Part shown: piece by piece, positions 24,602 to 34,546 of the stretch
Layout: each line of letters begins with the position of its first letter
Position numbering within the stretch: position 1 is the stretch's first letter
Source: Escherichia coli
Lineage (GTDB): Bacteria > Pseudomonadota > Gammaproteobacteria > Enterobacterales > Enterobacteriaceae
Length of the DNA stretch: 64,000 nucleotides
Reading direction: 5' to 3' (one strand)
Assembly: GCA_031701365.1 (NCBI GenBank)
Contig: GCA_031701365.1_4118.1
Position numbers and translations under genes: made by a program
The notes under the pieces: model-generated
Database searches by the model: none
What the model was told of the DNA's origin: nothing
The model's input: the letters and a program-made list of their open reading frames with translations, nothing else

Positions 24602-24964
24602 ATGAACACATTAAGTATTACATACTATACAACTAAAAAATTAGTTACTTGTTTAATATCTTTGAAGACAAACCATGATGATATGTTTGATATGGCTGCA
24701 TATGAATTAGAATTATCAGAAGATGGCTTCAAGAGCTATGAAGTATATAGCTATGTCCGTGAAGATGTAATTGACACTACACTAATGCAAGAGGATGAGT
24801 TATTCCAAGAAAGTTTAGTATGGGATAATAAGTACGATTGTAACTTTGATTTCTTATGTTTAATCCAGAAAGAAATGAAAAGAATCTTTGATAATTATCC
24901 AATCAAACGTTTCAGTACTGCACCTGAGCAATATAAAAGGATTATATTCACCTATGAAGATTGA
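24602..24964 (+). CDS. family-B protein (short form)
   Basis: Motif QEDELFQESLVWD. Confidence 0.8.
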   Translation: MNTLSITYYTTKKLVTCLISLKTNHDDMFDMAAYELELSEDGFKSYEVYSYVREDVIDTTLMQEDELFQESLVWDNKYDCNFDFLCLIQKEMKRIFDNYPIKRFSTAPEQYKRIIFTYED

Positions 24965-25331
24965 ATTTGAAGTTATTACATATAGTATAGGTGATGGTAT
25001 CCGTTGCTATGTACAAGCAAGGCATATGGTTCCTGATGATAAACTGTCACCAAAAAGCTTCTGTATCACACAAGATCTCTTAGATATCAACGGAGAGAAC
25101 AAGTACATATATTATCTTACTAAGGGTTATTGTAGTACACGTGGTTTTAATATTGTAGCTGTTTCTAGAGATGAAATTGATGATTTAACTGAGTACGGGG
25201 AAGAAGAGATGTTCCAGTACAGTACTGTTTTTAATGAACTGGATGTGTTTCTGTTACGAAAAATACAACACATTATGCAAGAATGTTTGCATCATAAGAG
25301 AGGTATGGTATGCGACGTGAATCTGAATTAG
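24954..25331 (+). CDS. family-B protein (short form)
   Basis: Track ORF 24888 trimmed to ATG 24954 (MKIEFEV); motif GEEEMFQYSTVFN. Confidence 0.7.
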   Translation: MKIEFEVITYSIGDGIRCYVQARHMVPDDKLSPKSFCITQDLLDINGENKYIYYLTKGYCSTRGFNIVAVSRDEIDDLTEYGEEEMFQYSTVFNELDVFLLRKIQHIMQECLHHKRGMVCDVNLN

Positions 25332-25651
25332 TTAAAGTAATGTACGCTACTCATATTAAACTACTACTTGTTAAATTTGATTATAATAAAAAACATAATG
25401 ATTTCTATACTTTAATTCGTGATGAAAATACATTCTCCTTGCGATGCAACAATATACCCTTGAAGATAAATGATTTTACTTCACTTGACGAGGGGGAATT
25501 ATTTCAAGAATCATTAGTTTTTAATAGTAATATAAAAATTGATATAGAAGTTATTAAAAAATACCAGATTCTATTGAACAAAATTATGAATTGTTATCCA
25601 TGTGAAATAGGTGGTCATATGCAGTTCAAATCAAAAATGTATGAATTATGA
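25310..25651 (+). CDS. family-B protein (short form)
   Basis: GAGAGG SD; motif DEGELFQESLVFN. Confidence 0.75.
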   Translation: MRRESELVKVMYATHIKLLLVKFDYNKKHNDFYTLIRDENTFSLRCNNIPLKINDFTSLDEGELFQESLVFNSNIKIDIEVIKKYQILLNKIMNCYPCEIGGHMQFKSKMYEL

Positions 25652-25658
25652 GGTTTAT

Positions 25659-26195
25659 ATGTTAGATAAAAAAATGAACTCTGGAACCCAATATAATCAT
25701 CTTAAGTTGGATACATTCGAATCAGCTATCAGTACAGCACAAGATATAATTGATATTATCAAGTTCATTAAAGAAGATAAGTTCAAATGTTTGAAAATAC
25801 TAAATCGTTCAATGTACCGTGATAAAAATATTCATGTATCAGTACGTAGACCGAAAGATCAAGAAAGTGGGAGAGATTTCTATAACAACAGTGAGCAGTT
25901 CGAATGTGAATATGATCCAGAATTTAGAGGTGGTTTCATGTGTTACTGTATGAAGGATACCTCACACATTGAGATACGTTCATCGAAAGGTGGCATACGT
26001 ACATTAGAGTTTATTGATATAGTTTTAAATCAGGAATACTACTTTCAACTATCATTATTGTTTCCTGCATACGATTTAGGAGTTCTATTCATGTATAAGT
26101 ACTTTCATGAGCACTGGAATGAAGACTTCTATCTGGACTTAGAAGATTACCACTTAGTTTGGAAAGAAATGGTAAAACTTCGCAACCCATCTTGA
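25659..26195 (+). CDS. family-B protein (long form)
   Basis: Track ORF 25611 trimmed to ATG 25659 after GAGG SD; FESAISTAQDII; motif NQEYYFQLSLLFP; FYLDL. Confidence 0.75.
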   Translation: MLDKKMNSGTQYNHLKLDTFESAISTAQDIIDIIKFIKEDKFKCLKILNRSMYRDKNIHVSVRRPKDQESGRDFYNNSEQFECEYDPEFRGGFMCYCMKDTSHIEIRSSKGGIRTLEFIDIVLNQEYYFQLSLLFPAYDLGVLFMYKYFHEHWNEDFYLDLEDYHLVWKEMVKLRNPS

Positions 26196-26221
26196 CACCC
26201 TCCGATTCTTTGTGATATAAT
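26192..26221 (+). promoter_or_regulatory. TRTG-extended -10 promoter
   Basis: -35 TTGACA 26192-26197, 18-nt spacer ending TGTGA, -10 TATAAT 26216-26221. Confidence 0.65.
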
Positions 26222-26254
26222 CTCTTTATATTAATTGTAAAGGGTTATATCACA

Positions 26255-26731
26255 ATGTCCAAAGACCTATCATTTAGCAATGCACAAAAAATAGCAAAAG
26301 ACATTATCAGGGTTTATAAATTCCTTACAAATGTTACTGAAGATTTTTCCGTAGGCAAACATACAGTCAAAAAACGAAATGGATACCTTTCCTTTATGGA
26401 TGGGTTACTCTATAGTTCAGATGAATCAACTTGTAGTATTAGAGTGCTTGATGAAGTACCAAGTGGTGATTTTATTTCATACCATTTCCCAAGTTCAGAT
26501 AATTTCAAATACTACAATCATCATCTTATAAATGAAGGATTTGATACGGCTGAAATTAACACTGAAGAAGAGTTCTTCCAGTACAGTACTGTGTATCCAG
26601 AGAGGATTGTTTTCAGTTCAGTGATTTACACTGCCCTTAAAAATGAACTAAATTCAGATAGTGATCATTTCTACTTGGACCTGAACAATATCGATTGTAT
26701 TATTGAGTACCTGGAGAAAAATGGTTTATGA
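26255..26731 (+). CDS. family-B protein (long form)
   Basis: FSNAQKIAKDII; motif TEEEFFQYSTVYP; FYLDL. Confidence 0.8.
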   Translation: MSKDLSFSNAQKIAKDIIRVYKFLTNVTEDFSVGKHTVKKRNGYLSFMDGLLYSSDESTCSIRVLDEVPSGDFISYHFPSSDNFKYYNHHLINEGFDTAEINTEEEFFQYSTVYPERIVFSSVIYTALKNELNSDSDHFYLDLNNIDCIIEYLEKNGL

Positions 26732-27222
26732 TTACTACAGAATATGATTACGATGGTGTTTTAGAATTTGCAGACAATATCTATCGCATTGCAAAGGAGT
26801 TCAGAAGTCCTGACCCATTTGGTGGTATGTTCGAATACGATGAGTTTAGTTCATCCAAAGGAAGACTTGCGTTTACTAATGTAAGAGGTAATCAAATCTA
26901 TGCCGAGTACTTTGATGACAATGACTTTCATTACAAAGCCGGATACATTTCATATTGCCCTGGGTCTGATTTGAAGATTAATATTGACAATTATAGAGAA
27001 GCAGTATTTGTTAAGTATGATGATTTAGTGTTCATGTCAGAGGAAATGTACTTTCAGGGTTCTTGTATTCATGATGTAAAAGTACTTAATGCTATGTTAT
27101 TTTATGGTGCACTACTTCATCATTACAAATACAAACAACGATTCTTTTTAGATTTAGTAGTATACTATAAATGCGTGGATTATTTGAATGCAAAATACGA
27201 CAACAATTCAGTACATGACTGA
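26728..27222 (+). CDS. family-B protein (long form)
   Basis: ATGA overlap; motif SEEMYFQGSCIHD; FFLDL. Confidence 0.8.
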   Translation: MITTEYDYDGVLEFADNIYRIAKEFRSPDPFGGMFEYDEFSSSKGRLAFTNVRGNQIYAEYFDDNDFHYKAGYISYCPGSDLKINIDNYREAVFVKYDDLVFMSEEMYFQGSCIHDVKVLNAMLFYGALLHHYKYKQRFFLDLVVYYKCVDYLNAKYDNNSVHD

Positions 27223-27550
27223 TGGTACTGAATACTTTGTTTCAAGATATGTAATCAACCACAACCATTATGTAACCTATATTCCAGAATACAATCAATT
27301 TTATATCCAGATTTATCAATATAATGGAAAGATAAATGATATATATTCAGAAATAAAAATCCCTGATTATAGTACTTTATCAGAAGAGGAATTGTTTCAG
27401 CAGAGCACTATCAGTACTGAAGATGTGTACGAAATAATGGAATACCAGAAGGTACTTAAACATTTTCATGAAGTACAGGATATACAAATAGATATTCTTA
27501 CTGCATGGAGTTATATCACACACGAGGTAAATTATGTTCGAAATGATTAA
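27188..27550 (+). CDS. family-B protein (short form)
   Basis: Motif SEEELFQQSTIST; alternative start 27215. Confidence 0.75.
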   Translation: MQNTTTIQYMTDGTEYFVSRYVINHNHYVTYIPEYNQFYIQIYQYNGKINDIYSEIKIPDYSTLSEEELFQQSTISTEDVYEIMEYQKVLKHFHEVQDIQIDILTAWSYITHEVNYVRND

Positions 27551-27947
27551 AATTATACAACGATGTGTTGTTGACAAACACGGGATATATGGATATCGTT
27601 TAAGTGCTCCTATTGACAAAAATAAAACAACCTATGTAAGCTATAATGCTGTACAAGGATTTGATATATTCATTAGTACTAAAGTTCAAATCAAACAAGC
27701 TAAAGATGTGTCTATGATGACTCCTGAAGAGATATTTCAATACAGCTTAGTTCTGCCTACATGTATCGATTTACAACGTCTAGGAGCGATACAGAAGGTT
27801 TTACGCGAACATAAAGTACAACCCAATAAAGTTACACACCTTCCAGAAACATTCTTCAAAACAATAGAAGTAGAAACTCCTGATTATATGTTAAGTGATG
27901 ATGAGTACTACGAGAAACACTTCCCTGGTAAAGATTGGAGAGATTGA
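27534..27947 (+). CDS. family-B protein (short form)
   Basis: Motif TPEEIFQYSLVLP. Confidence 0.8.
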   Translation: MFEMIKIIQRCVVDKHGIYGYRLSAPIDKNKTTYVSYNAVQGFDIFISTKVQIKQAKDVSMMTPEEIFQYSLVLPTCIDLQRLGAIQKVLREHKVQPNKVTHLPETFFKTIEVETPDYMLSDDEYYEKHFPGKDWRD

Positions 27948-28438
27948 TGAACCGAAAGTACAGAGAAACTATGAAGTTTGCTAGGGAGTGTTTAGAAGTG
28001 TTTGAGTTCATCAATGCTCATAAAGATTTACTCCATAGATACATTGCAATCAGTGAGACAGATGACCATAGGTACATATGTTCTCGAATTCAAGATAAGA
28101 TATATAAGATTGTGTTCTCGGAAACATACACAGATACATCTAATTCACTATATGATTTTGCACGTACTGATTACGTTTCATACAAATCTTGGTCTGATAG
28201 TATTAAAATTGTGCACAAGCAAAATACATTTTATTCTTTTCTTACGGACATTTCCGAAGAAAGTTACTTTCAAAACAGTTTAATTTATACAGAAAAAGAA
28301 CTCAAAATGTTATATATTATGTCGTACTTTAAAAAGTACTGCAAATTTAATACATTATCTTTTGAGATTTCTGCAATGAAAGTATTCATTAAAAATGTAA
28401 AAGAATTAAAGAGGGCTTTTAATGTACATAGAAAATGA
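27947..28438 (+). CDS. family-B protein (long form)
   Basis: Track TTG 27935 trimmed to the TGATG overlap at 27947; motif SEESYFQNSLIYT. Confidence 0.75.
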   Translation: MNRKYRETMKFARECLEVFEFINAHKDLLHRYIAISETDDHRYICSRIQDKIYKIVFSETYTDTSNSLYDFARTDYVSYKSWSDSIKIVHKQNTFYSFLTDISEESYFQNSLIYTEKELKMLYIMSYFKKYCKFNTLSFEISAMKVFIKNVKELKRAFNVHRK

Positions 28439-28964
28439 GAATGTAAAATGCATTACTGAAATTTGTATAAAATTAATGAAAATTTTCATTAACCCAAAAT
28501 ACAAAAAACGTTCATTACATCATAATATTGATGAGCATTGTACCATTAATATACTAGGTAGTATTCTTGATGTAAAATATGATGGTAGAATGTTATTTGG
28601 CATAAGAGAAGAGAAAATAGATGATGCATTCTTTTCCTGTAAAGATAAATTTGAACCTTCTGATTATAAAGTAATTATTCGTGATGATAGCATCTACATT
28701 AGTAGTGATTATTCAAATTACTTCGATAAAATATACACTGAAAACGTTGACTACCATTATGAAATGATAGATTTACCAGTAACAGACATTGATATGGAGA
28801 GAATCAAATTTTCATTATCAGATAATGAGTACTTAGGTATACAAACATATTATTCACTACAAGGAAAGATTCCACCTGCTATGTATATAAGGATTGAGAT
28901 TGGTAATGTATTCAATGATAAGGTTATATCTATTGCTGATAAAATATTGAGGGTTGAATTATGA
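28422..28964 (+). CDS. family-B protein (long form, degenerate motif)
   Basis: Motif position reads DMERIKFSLSDN. Confidence 0.65.
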   Translation: MYIENENVKCITEICIKLMKIFINPKYKKRSLHHNIDEHCTINILGSILDVKYDGRMLFGIREEKIDDAFFSCKDKFEPSDYKVIIRDDSIYISSDYSNYFDKIYTENVDYHYEMIDLPVTDIDMERIKFSLSDNEYLGIQTYYSLQGKIPPAMYIRIEIGNVFNDKVISIADKILRVEL

Positions 28965-29524
28965 ATATCAATGATTACCAATTTCATAGGCTTGAATTTC
29001 GTCATTGTGTTGCATTTGCAAAAACATTGATGTGCATCATTGACACTCTTTCATCCAAACAATTTCGTAAGGATAATGATTTATTTCTGAAAAAAGGTCG
29101 TGTAACATCAACCGATATCGGTATTGAACTATTTGTTGATATCAGTGTTGATACCGGAGACAGTACAAGGGTTGGTTGTATAGGTCATATTGGTACACAT
29201 TGCTTCACATGGAATCCAAATACAAGTCAAGTACGAATTGATTATAGAAATTCACGTTGGGTTGATCTTAGTACTGAATCAGATTTAGAATCAGCTATGT
29301 TCCAGCTAAGTTTAATTCACAATCCTAATGAACTTCTTTACATTATTACTTTCAGTTATCTGTTACAAAACTACAATAAACCATCAGGTTTTTTTATAGA
29401 ATCAGATATAGATGAAATTATGGAAGAGATTCCCAGTTTAAAGGATATTCTGGAAGAAAAAGATTTCTATGAAGACTTCATAGATTTATACGACATGCAC
29501 TTGGAGTTATTTAAGAATGGATAA
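28961..29524 (+). CDS. family-B protein (long form)
   Basis: ATGA overlap; motif DLESAMFQLSLIHN. Confidence 0.8.
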   Translation: MNINDYQFHRLEFRHCVAFAKTLMCIIDTLSSKQFRKDNDLFLKKGRVTSTDIGIELFVDISVDTGDSTRVGCIGHIGTHCFTWNPNTSQVRIDYRNSRWVDLSTESDLESAMFQLSLIHNPNELLYIITFSYLLQNYNKPSGFFIESDIDEIMEEIPSLKDILEEKDFYEDFIDLYDMHLELFKNG

Positions 29525-30035
29525 AGATGATATTCTAATTAGACTAATTAATAGTTTAATAAAGTTCTCAAATAATGATGTCGATACATACAAAGTGGGG
29601 GATATTGAATTTAAATCATTTGGTATGTACGGTGAGGATAAAACATATTATGCGTCAATGAAATTTCAAGATTTTCACGAGATGTTAATATCGTTATCAT
29701 ATGAAGATGTTGATCCAAGATGGAGTTCCAGTATTTCACTATCGAGAATGGTAATTCGTAGTAAGCATCGTTATATTTCGTCAAAGAATACTCCTAACTT
29801 GATTAATATTGTGTTGAATGAAAATACAAATCCCCTATCTAAACATGATATCGTACCGTTAACCGATGAAGTTCTTTTTCAATTGAGTACCATTTGTGAT
29901 GAAGATGTGATATCATGTATGAAAATTTATGAGAAGGTTGGGAGTGATATTCCCATGAACTATTACCTAACTATAGATGGAACGTACCTTCGAGATGAGG
30001 TTCTAGCGTACATTGACAGTGTTTTACCAAAATAA
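29517..30035 (+). CDS. family-B protein (long form)
   Basis: Motif TDEVLFQLSTICD (compare the HRV-3C site LEVLFQ). Confidence 0.8.
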   Translation: MDKDDILIRLINSLIKFSNNDVDTYKVGDIEFKSFGMYGEDKTYYASMKFQDFHEMLISLSYEDVDPRWSSSISLSRMVIRSKHRYISSKNTPNLINIVLNENTNPLSKHDIVPLTDEVLFQLSTICDEDVISCMKIYEKVGSDIPMNYYLTIDGTYLRDEVLAYIDSVLPK

Positions 30036-30058
30036 AGACCCGTATGGGTCTTTTTGTG
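30034..30058 (+). terminator. rho-independent terminator
   Basis: Stem AAAGACCC/GGGTCTTT, loop GTAT, then TTGTGTTT. Confidence 0.7.
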
Positions 30059-30066
30059 TTTATGGC

Positions 30067-30095
30067 TTTACAAGAGCATTCAGGTGTGTTATACT
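30067..30095 (+). promoter_or_regulatory. extended -10 promoter
   Basis: -35 TTTACA 30067-30072, 17-nt spacer ending TGt, -10 TATACT 30090-30095. Confidence 0.6.
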
Positions 30096-30122
30096 TGATT
30101 TTAACTAGAGTTGGAGGAATCT

Positions 30123-30689
30123 ATGAGTACTGAATTAATTAAAGAAGTCACATTACTTCTGAAGCATTGTTTTAAGTTCATTCCTGATACTGGCTCACGC
30201 CAGTACATTAAAGTTAATGAGAAATATAACATCAATATCCTTGTATCTGAAACTGCGAGCAGTTATGCTAACATTGAGTTGGATTCTGAAGAAAAATATA
30301 CAGTATTACAAATCATAGCAGATGTACAACGTAAACAAGATTATCGTTCTTCATTTTACAACGATTATCTGTGTGTTTGCTCAAACTTCAGTGAGAATAA
30401 AATTGTGTATAAGAATTTATACACACATGAAGTGATTGATACATATAATTATAAAATTTCATCTGATGAATACAATGTTCTAATGTTCAACGCAAACCTT
30501 TTGTATGATGCCAGTACTGTACGCTGTTTAGAGTTAGCATATAAAATTCCAAAGATCATGGAAAGAAAAGATTTGATTCACTTTAAAACTATTTTAAAAT
30601 ACAGTACAAAAGAATTAGAGGATTTAGTACAGGCTCTTAAGAATTTCATTAATGAACATGTACCTGTTAAATTCGAGGATGCACAATGA
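30123..30689 (+). CDS. family-B protein (long form, degenerate motif)
   Basis: Track TTG 30111 trimmed to ATG 30123 after GGAGG SD; motif position reads EYNVLMFNANLLYD. Confidence 0.7.
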   Translation: MSTELIKEVTLLLKHCFKFIPDTGSRQYIKVNEKYNINILVSETASSYANIELDSEEKYTVLQIIADVQRKQDYRSSFYNDYLCVCSNFSENKIVYKNLYTHEVIDTYNYKISSDEYNVLMFNANLLYDASTVRCLELAYKIPKIMERKDLIHFKTILKYSTKELEDLVQALKNFINEHVPVKFEDAQ

Positions 30690-31270
30690 ACCATATCAGA
30701 ACTAAAATTTTGAGACTCATGCATGACATTGCAGAACTTTCAGAGATTCATGACATTACGGAAATTGTTGAATTTGATAATTATCGACTGAAAATTGAAA
30801 ACAAATCCAAACATCGTTTTGGTTCAGTTCAGTTGGATGTATATAAAACTTATGAATTTTCTAAAAAAATTAAAAGTTCATGGGATACGATTACTATGTA
30901 CATTCGCACATCCAGAAATCGTGAACGTATTGGTTCTATTTCTTCTAATATGGTATTTGCGAATGCATTACATGAAAAAATGAATAAAATTGTAGAATCT
31001 GATTTCAGTGAAGATGATGGTTTTATTGGGTTGGATGTTCCACCAGAATTAGACCAAAGTGAAGATATTCGAGATGCATTCATTTTCCAGAAATCATTGT
31101 TGGACAATTACAAAGAATTCGAGTACTTAATGCTTTGTTACGATACTGCAAAAATTCTTGATTGTGGTGAACTAGTTATGTACAATGATTTTATCAATTG
31201 CAAGACTGATGTTCTGAATACACTACTTCAAAATATAGAATCTGTTAAGGAAAAATATGAACGCTTATAG
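30686..31270 (+). CDS. family-B protein (long form)
   Basis: ATGA overlap; motif IRDAFIFQKSLLDN. Confidence 0.8.
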   Translation: MNHIRTKILRLMHDIAELSEIHDITEIVEFDNYRLKIENKSKHRFGSVQLDVYKTYEFSKKIKSSWDTITMYIRTSRNRERIGSISSNMVFANALHEKMNKIVESDFSEDDGFIGLDVPPELDQSEDIRDAFIFQKSLLDNYKEFEYLMLCYDTAKILDCGELVMYNDFINCKTDVLNTLLQNIESVKEKYERL

Positions 31271-31838
31271 TTATATGACAGAACGCCATCAGTTATTATA
31301 TGATATCAGTAAAAAAATGCTATCAATTGTTGGTAGTGCGAAAGAAATTGAAAAACAATATCTCATCCGTGATGTATCAATTTCATCTAAATGTTGGTCA
31401 AATGAATATTACGACCACGGTATTCTTACTATTTCTGGGGCCAGAAATATTTGTATTGTAAAAAATAAAAGTAAAAGTAATGAAGAGTGTGAGATTAGAA
31501 CCGATATACAAATTAAGGATGATGGAAGTTTTTCACATCACCCATTCCATATTAGTACTGTTGGTGTTTTATATAATATTAAAGTACTATTCGGTGATGA
31601 AGAGTATGTGTTAAAAGCTATCAATCCAGATTCAAGTACAGTTGAAGAAGAACTGTTCCAGATGAGCACTGTTATACCTGAAGAGGTTCTTAGTACTGTT
31701 GTTTTTTGTAGTTTAATTTATCATGAATACAAAAAGAACCAATTCGATTTCCACATTTTAGGAACGTACATCTTCAATACTTTGAATGTTGATCGTTTAA
31801 AAGCATTAAATGCAGCAATGGATAAGGTGCTACAATGA
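31257..31838 (+). CDS. family-B protein (long form)
   Basis: Motif VEEELFQMSTVIP. Confidence 0.8.
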   Translation: MNAYSYMTERHQLLYDISKKMLSIVGSAKEIEKQYLIRDVSISSKCWSNEYYDHGILTISGARNICIVKNKSKSNEECEIRTDIQIKDDGSFSHHPFHISTVGVLYNIKVLFGDEEYVLKAINPDSSTVEEELFQMSTVIPEEVLSTVVFCSLIYHEYKKNQFDFHILGTYIFNTLNVDRLKALNAAMDKVLQ

Positions 31839-32263
31839 CAAGAGATGATTGTTTGTACATATGGGATATAATTGAAACTACACTTTCAAATCCAGAAAAT
31901 TATAAAACAAAAAAAAGACAACGACACAAAATATGGATAGATTTGTTCGTTGAGGGCATACACGCAGTGACTATTTGGGATTCACCGAGGGCATCAGCAT
32001 CTACTCTATTGGACAATGAATGCATTGATTGCATTAATTCCACTTTTCATCTCTACGGTACTACATTTTTCGGTACATTTCTGGATATTGAAAGTAAAGA
32101 TGATATTGATTCACTTGCGTTACAATACCAAGTACTGTATAATACTAAATTAATTTACGATTTAGTACTAGCTTCTTATGTGTATAAATTAATGATGAAA
32201 TATAATCATATTTCTGTTTCAGTTTATACTAAGGATATTCTTTCATTAAGAGACAAAACATGA
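31835..32263 (+). CDS. family-B protein (degenerate motif)
   Basis: ATGA overlap; motif position reads DSLALQYQVLYN. Confidence 0.65.
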   Translation: MTRDDCLYIWDIIETTLSNPENYKTKKRQRHKIWIDLFVEGIHAVTIWDSPRASASTLLDNECIDCINSTFHLYGTTFFGTFLDIESKDDIDSLALQYQVLYNTKLIYDLVLASYVYKLMMKYNHISVSVYTKDILSLRDKT

Positions 32264-32769
32264 GTTTATTAAATGCACGCGAATTAGTTGAGATGTATGA
32301 GATTTTGTCTTCATATAAAAATTCTCATGGAGATGTGATTCTCGACAAAAAGTTCCATGTCAGTGTTGAACATATATCAAATATAGATATGATTTCTTTG
32401 GTGGAAAGTAATAAGTCAGGTCTTGAACGCGATATCATGCGTTTGATTTATATTCCCAAACCATCATATACTAATGATAGTTCAATTAGTAATGAGACAT
32501 TTATGTATAGTCCTGGTACGGATTCTACTATAGTATCGCTGTCCAATAAATCAATGGGTACTTTCCAATTCATCTATACCAGTACTGATAACATTGAAGA
32601 AATTGAATTTCAAAACAATACATTAAGTCCATGTAGTAGTGTTATAACCTTTATGTCATATCTATGGTCAACTAAAACAAGTGCTGTTGTATATAGTTCA
32701 AATTATACACAAGATAGTATTGTTGAATCATATAAAGTTCTAAAGGAATACTATGAAAATAACAAATGA
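32260..32769 (+). CDS. family-B protein (long form)
   Basis: ATGA overlap; motif IEEIEFQNNTLSP. Confidence 0.75.
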   Translation: MSLLNARELVEMYEILSSYKNSHGDVILDKKFHVSVEHISNIDMISLVESNKSGLERDIMRLIYIPKPSYTNDSSISNETFMYSPGTDSTIVSLSNKSMGTFQFIYTSTDNIEEIEFQNNTLSPCSSVITFMSYLWSTKTSAVVYSSNYTQDSIVESYKVLKEYYENNK

Positions 32770-33334
32770 TTTTATTAAAAGTGTAGTACACCCTATGCTT
32801 AGTATTATGAAAAAAATACAGAATCTACCGGAAGATAACGATTACAAGTTTAATCGTTTTGATTCAGATGTGTTTTGTATTGAAATTGAAATTAATAACA
32901 ATCGCAATTTACATTTAAAATTCAAAGAATCGTCAAGTCCGTACTACAACTTTGATATGAATTTTAAAATAGATACTGACATTGAAGAAAACGTAATATC
33001 AAATCATACTAGCAAAAATGGTTTTATGCATAGAACTACTATGTACAATAATAAAAATAGTATTATATCTAAATGGAATCATCAATTCACTAAAATTTGT
33101 GAAATTGAATATAGTGATTTTGGTGAAGAGAATTACTTTCAGTTAAGTACAATTCATGAACTTCCACCGTATGATTATGTTAAAACATGGTTTGATATTC
33201 ATAATATAATTGATGATGCAATCAAACTTCCATTTGGTGTGTCAATATCATATACTGCTCCTAAAACATTTGTTTTTACTGAAGATATGATTATGAAAAA
33301 GATATGGGCAATTATCCCACTTATGATGGATTAA
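32753..33334 (+). CDS. family-B protein (long form)
   Basis: Motif GEENYFQLSTIHE. Confidence 0.8.
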   Translation: MKITNDFIKSVVHPMLSIMKKIQNLPEDNDYKFNRFDSDVFCIEIEINNNRNLHLKFKESSSPYYNFDMNFKIDTDIEENVISNHTSKNGFMHRTTMYNNKNSIISKWNHQFTKICEIEYSDFGEENYFQLSTIHELPPYDYVKTWFDIHNIIDDAIKLPFGVSISYTAPKTFVFTEDMIMKKIWAIIPLMMD

Positions 33335-33339
33335 ATTCG

Positions 33340-33366
33340 TACCAGGGGTTGACTCTGGTATTTTTG
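33340..33366 (+). terminator. weak terminator hairpin overlapping a promoter
   Basis: Stem TACCAG/CTGGTA, 9-nt loop containing TTGACT, then TTTTTG. Confidence 0.45.
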
Positions 33367-33377
33367 TATGATACATT
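33349..33377 (+). promoter_or_regulatory. extended -10 promoter
   Basis: -35 TTGACT 33349-33354, 17-nt spacer ending TGa, -10 TACATT 33372-33377. Confidence 0.45.
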
Positions 33378-33395
33378 GTCCTAAAGGAGAATTTT

Positions 33396-33947
33396 ATGAA
33401 CTACAATCATGATCTTTTTACATTATGTGCATCCAAATGTGTTGATGGATGGACAGATAAAATCAATACCATAATTCATCGATATCTGGTCTTTAGTTCT
33501 CGTGCTCGAAGTGAGGGGGCTATGGATTTCAAATATACACTATCTATTGATGGTGTAACTATCCATGCAGACGAAGAACGTCTGAGCATTAATTTGTATG
33601 ATTCCTGTGTATTTGCTATTCACCAAAAGATGGGGAAAGGATGGGGTTGTAATAACATTAACTCAAAAGCTATCTTTTGGGTTGGTCACCACCAGACAGT
33701 ACTTGATCCTTCAATCAAATCTAATCTTTTAACCGACAACATCGTTTATGATTTAGCGTACCCTGAAGAACTACATTTCCAGTTGAGTACATTACATAAT
33801 TTGGCACACTACGATGATTGTTATAAAACATTAGAACTATGCCATTCCCTTGATCTTAAAGATAAATTGATACAAGTTTACCCTTCATTCTTTCATGAAG
33901 AAGTACAAAGTACACTAGATCATATTTTATATGGATACGATAAATGA
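33396..33947 (+). CDS. family-B protein (long form)
   Basis: AAAGGAG SD; motif PEELHFQLSTLHN. Confidence 0.8.
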   Translation: MNYNHDLFTLCASKCVDGWTDKINTIIHRYLVFSSRARSEGAMDFKYTLSIDGVTIHADEERLSINLYDSCVFAIHQKMGKGWGCNNINSKAIFWVGHHQTVLDPSIKSNLLTDNIVYDLAYPEELHFQLSTLHNLAHYDDCYKTLELCHSLDLKDKLIQVYPSFFHEEVQSTLDHILYGYDK

Positions 33948-34546
33948 GAAAAAGTTATCAAGAAGCTATTGACTTAATTCGTGAAGTTATCAAGGTGGCT
34001 CCTGCTGCTATTGAGTTCAAGAAGTCCATATACAAGAAGTATGGTCCAATGTCGAGTATGTGCTTTCAAAAGAAACGTAGTGCATATACTACACAGTACT
34101 GGAATGATTCTATCATCCTGAGCAATGAGACTCAGCGTATTTTATCTCTAGAATCTGAACCTACTGATTACGGGGAAGGGAACATTTGTGTACCTGATTA
34201 TGATGAAATTAACTTCAACTGCGGTGATTTTGAAACAACATTATTACTTCATGAGGGTTATCCAGAAGGTGATGTATTAGCTGAGTACAATCCAAAAACT
34301 AAAATTCTCAAAAGTGGAATCCAGTTCACTATTAATAACAAAGATGATGTTCAAGCAGCACTGATGCAACTGAGTACAAGTGAACCTATCACTATTAGTG
34401 TAGAAGAGTTATGGGGAATTATTTCAGTACTCAATGAGTGCTACAAAGTAAAATCATTGCGTAAACACAGCATTATATTACATACCAATATGGCAAATAT
34501 AAAATGTAAGCACATTCAAGAAATGGTGGTTCCAGATGGACTTTAA
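33944..34546 (+). CDS. family-B protein (long form, weak motif)
   Basis: ATGA overlap; motif position reads VQAALMQLSTSEP. Confidence 0.7.
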   Translation: MRKSYQEAIDLIREVIKVAPAAIEFKKSIYKKYGPMSSMCFQKKRSAYTTQYWNDSIILSNETQRILSLESEPTDYGEGNICVPDYDEINFNCGDFETTLLLHEGYPEGDVLAEYNPKTKILKSGIQFTINNKDDVQAALMQLSTSEPITISVEELWGIISVLNECYKVKSLRKHSIILHTNMANIKCKHIQEMVVPDGL

